11,736 nucleotides of DNA from a virus, in UHGV virus genome UHGV-0078047; one strand, given 5' to 3'. The notes under the pieces are model-generated. The model was not told the origin of the DNA and did not search any database. It saw nothing but the letters and a program-made list of their open reading frames with translations. Both the position numbers and the translations under genes were made by a program. Positions 6,323-11,736 of this stretch are shown here, one piece after another; within the stretch, counting starts at the first letter, position 1; each line of letters starts with the position of its first letter.

Positions 6323-6649
6323 GTGGCTGACTGGCAAATTCCAATCATCATTCTTGCCGGAGCTTCGCTGGTTGCTGGCTTTATCCTGCTGAAAAAGCAT
6401 AAAGACCGTGATCAAAAAGTCGAAGTTCTCTATGGGTATCCAGCGAACAGCACAACATGGCTGACCATTTACCACTACCGAAAATCAGGCCGCTGGGTAT
6501 TCGAATGGGATGATCTGTTCGCTGAAAAGCGACCAAAGTCATGGGGAGACATCAGCGAATGCATGATGTTTGAAGAAAGAAAATCCGGCGCAACCCGAGA
6601 AGAGTTTAACGAAGCGTGGAGGCGATTAAGTGAGAGAGGGTATTTGTGA
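6323..6649 (+). CDS. hypothetical protein with N-terminal hydrophobic segment, 108 aa
   Basis: ORF in track; GTG start with AGGGAAG RBS. Residues 6..23 (IPIIILAGASLVAGFILL) form a predicted hydrophobic helix followed by lysines. No family recognised. Confidence 0.7.
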   Translation: MADWQIPIIILAGASLVAGFILLKKHKDRDQKVEVLYGYPANSTTWLTIYHYRKSGRWVFEWDDLFAEKRPKSWGDISECMMFEERKSGATREEFNEAWRRLSERGYL

Positions 6650-6846
6650 GCAAGTACGAAAAATTAGATCAAAACATTCTTTCAATGCTGAGTGAAAGAC
6701 CAACACCTATTTTTGATATCTGGCTTAAATGGCGGAGCAATGGAATGTATATCGAAACCATCGATCGCCGTATGCAATACCTGAGAAAGAAAGGGCTTGT
6801 TGCAAATGTGCGTGGGAAGGGTTGGGTGAAAATTAACCTGTCATAA
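6646..6846 (+). CDS. hypothetical protein, 66 aa
   Basis: ORF in track; GTG start overlapping the upstream stop (GTGA); GAGAGAGGG RBS upstream. Confidence 0.6.
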   Translation: MSKYEKLDQNILSMLSERPTPIFDIWLKWRSNGMYIETIDRRMQYLRKKGLVANVRGKGWVKINLS

Positions 6847-6857
6847 CGGGGATTGAT

Positions 6858-7130
6858 ATGGACGAATCAAGAAAGCAGTTTGAAGAGTGGTTTAAAAACA
6901 AATATCACGTTTCAAGTGACGTGATGAAGATTATGCACATCAAGGTCGAGATTGCATGGGAGGCGTGGCAGGCATCGCGAGCAGCTATTGAAATAACCGC
7001 GCCAAAGTTTATCGACAGCAGAGAAGCATTAGCCAAAGGGTTTACTGTTGATTATTCCAATGGCTTCGGTGATGGAATGGATGCTTATGAGGAAAACATC
7101 CGCGCTGCTGGAGTCAAAGTGAAGGAGTGA
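6858..7130 (+). CDS. hypothetical protein, 90 aa
   Basis: ORF in track; RBS-like GGGGA upstream of the ATG; same strand and tight spacing with neighbours. Confidence 0.65.
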   Translation: MDESRKQFEEWFKNKYHVSSDVMKIMHIKVEIAWEAWQASRAAIEITAPKFIDSREALAKGFTVDYSNGFGDGMDAYEENIRAAGVKVKE

Positions 7131-7132
7131 GT

Positions 7133-7297
7133 ATGAGCGCATACGAAGAAATCATGTTAGCCCTGCGATTCTTTTTCGGTGTGGAAGAAGATGAAAACGT
7201 AAATGAGATTATCGGGCAAGACCATGACCCGATAGGGACTATTGCAGCTGCACTTGACGATTACAGGAGCGTAAATGGTGAGGAAACTAACGTTTGA
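7133..7297 (+). CDS. possible small acidic protein, 54 aa
   Basis: Hand translation MSAYEEIMLALRFFFGVEEDENVNEIIGQDHDPIGTIAAALDDYRSVNGEETNV. AAGGAG RBS at 7120..7125; begins 2 nt after the orf90 stop and overlaps the ninB start. Confidence 0.4.
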   Translation: MSAYEEIMLALRFFFGVEEDENVNEIIGQDHDPIGTIAAALDDYRSVNGEETNV

Positions 7298-7718
7298 ACT
7301 AAGAAGCCCCATCCATCAGCGGAACGCCATTCAAGCTATCCAGCAAATCCTTCCAGACCCAACCAAACCAATCGTAGTAACCATTCAGGAACGCAACCGC
7401 AGCTTAGACCAGAATCGGAAGCTTTGGGCTTGCCTTGGTGACGTCTCTCGTCAGGTTGAATGGCATGGTCGCTGGCTGGATGCAGAAAGCTGGAAGTGTG
7501 TGTTTACCGCAGCCTTAAAGCAGCAGGATGTTGTTCCTAACCTTGCCGGGAATGGCTTTGTGGTAATAGGCCAGTCAACCAGCAGGATGCGTGTAAGCGA
7601 ATTTGCGGAGCTATTAGAGCTTATACAGGCATTCGGTACAGAACGTGGCGTTAAGTGGTCAGACGAAGCGCGACTGGCTCTGGAGTGGAAAGCGAGATGG
7701 GGAGATAAAGCTGCATGA
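7275..7718 (+). CDS. ninB: NinB (Orf) recombination protein, 147 aa
   Basis: ORF in track; ...PDPTKPIVVTIQERNRSLDQNRKLWACLGDVSRQVEWHGRWLDAESWKCVF... matches lambda NinB nearly throughout from memory. Confidence 0.9.
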   Translation: MVRKLTFELRSPIHQRNAIQAIQQILPDPTKPIVVTIQERNRSLDQNRKLWACLGDVSRQVEWHGRWLDAESWKCVFTAALKQQDVVPNLAGNGFVVIGQSTSRMRVSEFAELLELIQAFGTERGVKWSDEARLALEWKARWGDKAA

Positions 7719-8305
7719 ACAAATACCGACTTATTTACGCAGATCCGCCTTGGCAATATCGCGACAAAGCCAACGATGGCAATCGCGGTGCTGGACATAA
7801 ATACGATGTTATGAATGTTCAGGACATTTGCCGACTGCCAGTATGGGATTTAGCGGATCCAGAATCTTGCTTGTTAGCGATGTGGTGGGTGCCGACACAG
7901 CCAGCCGAAGCGCTAAAGGTAATTGAGGCGTGGGGATTCAGGTTGATGACTATGAAAGGCTTTACTTGGCACAAAACCAATAAGCACAAAGGCAACAGTG
8001 CGATCGGAATGGGGCATATGACCCGGGCAAATAGCGAGGATTGCTTGTTTGCTGTTCGAGGGCGGTTGCCTGAGAGAATGGACGCTTCCATATGCCAGCA
8101 CTTTACCGCACCGAGAATGGAGCACAGTGCAAAACCACCGATCGTAAGAGACATGTTAGCTAAGTTGCTTGGCGACGTGCCGCGCTGTGAGTTATTTAGC
8201 CGCGACAAAGTGACCGGGTGGGATATGTGGGGCAATCAGTGCGACTCCGATTTTGAACTGGCTACCGGCATGGCGATTAAACCATGCAAAATGGTGATCG
8301 CATGA
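7715..8305 (+). CDS. DNA methyltransferase, MT-A70-like (N6-adenine class) with DPPW motif, 196 aa
   Basis: ORF in track; N-terminal YADPPWQY catalytic motif; start overlaps the ninB stop (ATGA). Sits where lambda has ninC. Confidence 0.8.
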   Translation: MNKYRLIYADPPWQYRDKANDGNRGAGHKYDVMNVQDICRLPVWDLADPESCLLAMWWVPTQPAEALKVIEAWGFRLMTMKGFTWHKTNKHKGNSAIGMGHMTRANSEDCLFAVRGRLPERMDASICQHFTAPRMEHSAKPPIVRDMLAKLLGDVPRCELFSRDKVTGWDMWGNQCDSDFELATGMAIKPCKMVIA

Positions 8306-8475
8306 AGCACTGTTATCGATGTGGAGAGCGAAAGGAAGGCGATCGCTTTCGACCCGGGCAACCTTACTGGAATCGATGGTGTCTCCGGTGTGAAAGAACA
8401 CCAACAGGAGTTTTACCACTACCGCAGGAAAAGGAGGACGTATGGCGAGACAGCGACGAAGTATCACCGACATAA
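8302..8475 (+). CDS. ninD: NinD-like small zinc-ribbon protein, 57 aa
   Basis: Internal ATG of track ORF 8284..8475, overlapping the methyltransferase stop as [37 protein letters not shown] has two CxxC pairs. Length matches the 57 aa I recall for lambda NinD; sequence not recalled. Confidence 0.55.
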   Translation: MKHCYRCGERKEGDRFRPGQPYWNRWCLRCERTPTGVLPLPQEKEDVWRDSDEVSPT

Positions 8476-8618
8476 CCTGTGAAAACTGCAAACACCTTCC
8501 AACGAAACGCTCCAGAAATAAACGCAAGCCAATCCCAAAAGAATCTGACGTAAAAACCTTCAACTACACGGCTCACCTGTGGGATATCCGGTGGCTAAGA
8601 CATCGTGCGAGGAAATGA
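8442..8618 (+). CDS. ninE: NinE-like protein, 58 aa
   Basis: Hand translation [58 protein letters not shown], close to lambda NinE as I recall it. Strong AGGAGG RBS at 8430..8435. Below the track size cut-off. Confidence 0.7.
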   Translation: MARQRRSITDITCENCKHLPTKRSRNKRKPIPKESDVKTFNYTAHLWDIRWLRHRARK

Positions 8619-8980
8619 CAATGGATTATTCACAGTTAAGTGATTTTGAGATTAACGTGGCGGTATTCGAAGCCATTCATAACGGATCACCGGATTACAA
8701 AGAAGGTGAGAATGGCGATATGGTGTTTGTCTCATTTGAGGGAGACATTGTAAACGGAGACGCAGTTGAAGTAGAAGTTGAGCGCGGATCCTTTAACCCA
8801 TGCGCAAACCCAGCAGACGCATGGCCGATTATTGAAAAATACAGGATTAGCATTATCAATCTCGATGAAGACGAGTGGGGTGCACGCGGTGTGGCCTACT
8901 GTAAATCTAAGCGAGCTATACATGAAAATCCCCTCCGCGCCGCCATGATTGTCTTTCTCATGATGCAGAGAATCCAATAA
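8615..8980 (+). CDS. hypothetical phage protein (DUF2591-like, assigned from memory), 121 aa
   Basis: Track ORF 8579..8980; likely start is the in-frame ATG at 8615, which overlaps the ninE stop as ATGA and gives [24 protein letters not shown].... Confidence 0.7.
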   Translation: MTMDYSQLSDFEINVAVFEAIHNGSPDYKEGENGDMVFVSFEGDIVNGDAVEVEVERGSFNPCANPADAWPIIEKYRISIINLDEDEWGARGVAYCKSKRAIHENPLRAAMIVFLMMQRIQ

Positions 8981-9156
8981 TGCTTAGCCCATCCCAATCC
9001 ATTCAATACCAGAAAGAAAGCGTCGAGCTGGCTTTAACGTGCGCTAACTGCGGTCAGAAGCTGCATGTTCTGGAAGTTCACGTATGTGAGCACTGCTGCG
9101 CAGAACTGATGAGCGATCCGAATAGCTCAATGTACGAGGAAGAAGACGATGAGTGA
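8980..9156 (+). CDS. ninF: NinF-like protein, 58 aa
   Basis: Hand translation [58 protein letters not shown], close to lambda NinF as I recall it. ATG overlaps the upstream stop (TAATG). Confidence 0.75.
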   Translation: MLSPSQSIQYQKESVELALTCANCGQKLHVLEVHVCEHCCAELMSDPNSSMYEEEDDE

Positions 9157-9418
9157 TTTCTCTGAGCTTATTTCCTTCAAAAAAGACAGAGAAGAAATGC
9201 GGACTGAATCTGTCTATTACGTTCAACACCGGAATAAACGCTCGGTGCTTGATCAGGAGCTGGTTATTACCGGAGACCTGGCATTCAGAACATATAAGGC
9301 CAGCATGGAAATGAAGGATTTCCCTAAATGTGGTTCTGAAAGAGAAGCCGCGTTAAAGCTGGCTGAGTGGATGCAGAGAATGGCTGCTGCAATTGAGAAT
9401 TACTGGAGCGAACCATAA
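9149..9418 (+). CDS. hypothetical protein, 89 aa, inserted between ninF and ninG
   Basis: ORF in track; start overlaps the ninF end and stop overlaps the ninG ATG (TAATG). No family recognised. Confidence 0.65.
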   Translation: MSDFSELISFKKDREEMRTESVYYVQHRNKRSVLDQELVITGDLAFRTYKASMEMKDFPKCGSEREAALKLAEWMQRMAAAIENYWSEP

Positions 9419-10029
9419 TGGCTAAACAAGCGCGAAGACGATGTAAAAACGATGATTGTCGGGAATGGTTTCACCCTGCATTCGCTAATCAGTGGTGGTG
9501 CTCTCCAGAGTGTGGAACCAAGATAGCACTCGAACGACGAAGCAAAGAACGCGAAAAAGCGGAAAAAGCAGCAGAGAAGAAACTACGACGAGAGGAGCAG
9601 AAACAGAAAGATAAACTTAAGATTCGAAAACTCGCCTTAAAGCCCCGCAGTTACTGGATTAAACAAGCCCAACAAGCCGTAAACGCCTTCATCAGAGAAA
9701 GAGACCGCGACTTACCATGTATCTCGTGCGGAACGCTCACGTCTGCTCAGTGGGATGCCGGGCATTACCGGACAACTGCTGCGGCGCCTCAACTCCGATT
9801 TGATGAACGCAATATTCACAAGCAATGCGTGGTGTGCAACCAGCACAAAAGCGGAAATCTCGTTCCGTATCGCGTCGAACTGATTAGCCGCATCGGGCAG
9901 GAAGCAGTAGATGAAATCGAATCAAACCATAACCGCCATCGCTGGACTGTCGAAGAGTGCAGGGCCATCAAGGCGGAGTATCAGCAGAAACTCAAAGACC
10001 TGCGAAATAGCAGAAGTGAGGCCGCATGA
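9418..10029 (+). CDS. ninG: NinG (Rap) recombination endonuclease, 203 aa
   Basis: ORF in track; [41 protein letters not shown]... with Cys clusters matches lambda NinG from memory. Confidence 0.9.
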   Translation: MAKQARRRCKNDDCREWFHPAFANQWWCSPECGTKIALERRSKEREKAEKAAEKKLRREEQKQKDKLKIRKLALKPRSYWIKQAQQAVNAFIRERDRDLPCISCGTLTSAQWDAGHYRTTAAAPQLRFDERNIHKQCVVCNQHKSGNLVPYRVELISRIGQEAVDEIESNHNRHRWTVEECRAIKAEYQQKLKDLRNSRSEAA

Positions 10030-10649
10030 GACTCGAAAGCGTAGCTAAATTTCATTCGCCAAAAAGCCCGATGATGAGCGACTCACCACGGGCCACGGCT
10101 TCTGACTCTCTTTCCGGTACTGATGTGATGGCTGCTATGGGGATGGCACAATCACAGGCCGGATTCGGAATGGCTGCATTCTGCGGTAAGCATGAACTCA
10201 GCCAGAACGACAAACAAAAGGCTATCAACTATCTGATGCAATTTGCACACAAGGTATCGGGGAAATACCGTGGTGTGGCAAAGCTCGAAGGAAATACTAA
10301 GGCAAAGGTGCTGCAAGTGCTCGCAACATTCGCTTATGCGGATTATTGCCGTAGTGCCGCGACGCCGGGCGCAAGATGCAGAGATTGCCACGGTACAGGC
10401 CGTGCGGTTGATATAGCCAAAACAGAGCAGTGGGGGAGAGTTGTTGAGAAAGAGTGCGGAAGATGCAAAGGTGTCGGCTATTCAAGAATGCCAGCAAGCG
10501 CCGCATATCGCGCTGTAACGATGCTAATCCCAAACCTTACTCAACCCACCTGGTCACGCACTGTTAAGCCGCTGTATGACGCTCTGGTGGTGCAATGCCA
10601 CAAAGAAGAGTCAATCGCAGACAATATTTTGAATGCGGTCACACGTTAG
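10026..10649 (+). CDS. Q: late-gene antiterminator Q, lambda type, 207 aa
   Basis: ORF in track; [28 protein letters not shown]...[12 protein letters not shown]...[13 protein letters not shown] matches lambda Q essentially throughout from memory. Start overlaps the ninG stop (ATGA). Confidence 0.95.
   Translation: MRLESVAKFHSPKSPMMSDSPRATASDSLSGTDVMAAMGMAQSQAGFGMAAFCGKHELSQNDKQKAINYLMQFAHKVSGKYRGVAKLEGNTKAKVLQVLATFAYADYCRSAATPGARCRDCHGTGRAVDIAKTEQWGRVVEKECGRCKGVGYSRMPASAAYRAVTMLIPNLTQPTWSRTVKPLYDALVVQCHKEESIADNILNAVTR
10313..10326 (-). promoter_or_regulatory. putative paQ CII-binding site (TTGC-N6-TTGC) antisense within Q
   Basis: Plus strand GCAAGTGCTCGCAA is TTGCGAGCACTTGC on the minus strand. 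Lambda has a CII-activated antisense promoter inside Q. Confidence 0.45.
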
Positions 10650-10691
10650 CAGCATGATTGCCACGGATGGCAACATATTGACGGCATGATA

Positions 10692-10730
10692 TTGACTTTT
10701 TGAATAAAGTTGGGTAAATTTGACCCAACG
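10692..10730 (+). promoter_or_regulatory. late promoter pR' with overlapping qut region
   Basis: -35 TTGACT (10692..10697), 17-bp spacer, -10 TAAATT (10715..10720). The surrounding sequence TTGAATAAAGTTGGGTAAATTTGACCCAACGATGG is near-identical to lambda pR'/qut as I recall it. Confidence 0.7.
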
Positions 10731-10756
10731 ATGGATAAATGCACTCGTTAAATAAA

Positions 10757-10784
10757 GCCCTGAGTTAATAGCTCGGGGCTTTTT
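10757..10784 (+). terminator. tR'-like intrinsic terminator giving a short (~60 nt) pR' leader
   Basis: Stem GCCCTGAG (10757..10764) / CTCGGGGC (10772..10779) with one G-U pair, 7-nt loop, then TTTTT. Confidence 0.65.
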
Positions 10785-10927
10785 GCGTTTTAAGCACGGC
10801 CTTTCTGAAAGCACATCAAACCAAATACCAGACAGACAAAAATAATCACCTTATCCGCTGTGGCTACGGTGCGGTGTGCTTTGCATAAAAGAAAACCAGC
10901 TCAATGGCTGGCTTCGTGAAAGCGGGT

Positions 10928-10962
10928 GGCAAGAGGTTGCGCTAACAACCTCATGCCGTTTT
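10928..10962 (+). terminator. hairpin plus T-run in the Q-S intergenic region (terminator-like)
   Basis: GGCAAGAGGTTG (10928..10939) / CAACCTCATGCC (10946..10957), one mismatch, 6-nt loop, then GTTTT. From 10905 onward the sequence resembles the region upstream of lambda S as I recall it. Confidence 0.4.
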
Positions 10963-11082
10963 GCCCGTGCATATCGGTCACGAACAAATCTGATTACTAA
11001 ACACAGTAGCCTGGATTTGTTCTATCAGTAATCGACCTTATTCCTAATTAAATAGAGCAAATCCCCTTATTGGGGGTAAGAC

Positions 11083-11406
11083 ATGAAGATGCCAGAAAAA
11101 CATGACCTGTTAGCCGCCATTCTCGCGGCAAAGGAACAAGGCATCGGGGCAATCCTTGCGTTTGCAATGGCGTACCTTCGCGGCAGATATAATGGCGGTG
11201 CGTTTACAAAAACAGTAATCGACGCAACGATGTGCGCCATTATCGCCTGGTTCATTCGTGACCTTCTCGACTTCGCCGGACTAAGTAGCAATCTCGCTTA
11301 TATAACGAGCGTGTTCATCGGCTACATCGGTACTGACTCGATTGGTTCGCTTATCAAACGCTTCGCTGCTAAAAAAGCCGGAGTAGAAGATGGTGGAAAT
11401 CAATAA
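11083..11406 (+). CDS. S: holin/antiholin S (class I holin, dual start), 107 aa
   Basis: ORF in track; [39 protein letters not shown]... matches lambda S from memory, including the Met1-Lys2-Met3 dual-start motif. Confidence 0.95.
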   Translation: MKMPEKHDLLAAILAAKEQGIGAILAFAMAYLRGRYNGGAFTKTVIDATMCAIIAWFIRDLLDFAGLSSNLAYITSVFIGYIGTDSIGSLIKRFAAKKAGVEDGGNQ

Positions 11407-11736
11407 TCAACGTAAGGCGTTCCTCGATATGCTGGCGTGGTCGGAGGGAACTGATAACGGACGTCAGAAAACCAGAAATCATGGTTATGACGTCATTGTT
11501 GGCGGAGAGCTATTCACTGATTACTCCGATCACCCTCGCAAACTTGTCACGCTAAACCCCAAACTCAAATCAACAGCAGCCGGACGTTACCAGCTTCTTT
11601 CCCGTTGGTGGGATGCCTATCGTAAGCAGCTTGGCCTGAAAGACTTCTCTCCCAAAAGCCAGGACGCTGTGGCATTGCAGCAGATTAAAGAGCGTGGCGC
11701 TTTACCGATGATTGATCGCGGTGATATCCGTCAGGC
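11390..11736 (+). CDS. R: endolysin R (lytic transglycosylase), 5' part only (runs off the window end)
   Basis: ATG at 11390 overlapping the end of S. Hand translation [61 protein letters not shown]... matches lambda R from memory. Absent from the track because there is no in-window stop. Confidence 0.9.
   Translation, partial: MVEINNQRKAFLDMLAWSEGTDNGRQKTRNHGYDVIVGGELFTDYSDHPRKLVTLNPKLKSTAAGRYQLLSRWWDAYRKQLGLKDFSPKSQDAVALQQIKERGALPMIDRGDIRQ

Noticed and set aside
7819-8563. Several minus-strand ORFs (138, 70 and 123 aa)
   Set aside because: Antisense to the methyltransferase, ninD and ninE genes, which are supported by motifs and coupling.
10611-10814. 67-aa minus-strand ORF
   Set aside because: Antisense across the Q stop, pR' and the tR' terminator; explained by the regulatory elements.
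10790-10900. Possible tRNA or cargo gene between tR' and S
   Set aside because: No cloverleaf-compatible arms and no ORF with an RBS could be discerned by eye; tRNA or small-RNA scanning software would be needed to be sure.
11067-11291. 74-aa minus-strand ORF
   Set aside because: Antisense to the S holin gene.
1-11736. CRISPR array, IS element, integrase or attachment site
   Set aside because: No regularly spaced direct repeats, no terminal inverted repeats flanking a transposase, and no recombinase-like ORF in the window; the integration module would lie outside it.

Overview
This ~11.7 kb window reads as the early-to-late control region of a mosaic lambdoid temperate phage or prophage (enterobacterial type). 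All protein and RNA identifications are recognition from memory against lambda, P22 and phage 21 sequences, plus motifs visible in the sequence; no database search was run. Left to right: a leftward pL operon (N antiterminator, two unknown small genes, an ea10-like gene, a cIII-like start leaving the window); a P22-type immunity region (c2 repressor, cro, 18-bp operators matching the P22 consensus); lambda-type cII with its PRE site and an oop antisense RNA; a replication module with a lambda O-like initiator carrying internal origin iterons, paired with a Toprim primase/helicase rather than lambda P; a strong terminator; four small unknown genes where lambda has ren; a nin-like block (ninB, adenine methyltransferase, ninD, ninE, DUF2591-like, ninF, unknown orf89, ninG); lambda-type Q, pR' and a short tR'; then S holin and the start of R endolysin. 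No rRNA, tRNA, CRISPR array, integrase or transposase was seen. The most likely places for undescribed biology are the two accessory slots: the small genes between N and ea10, and the four small genes between the primase/helicase and ninB.
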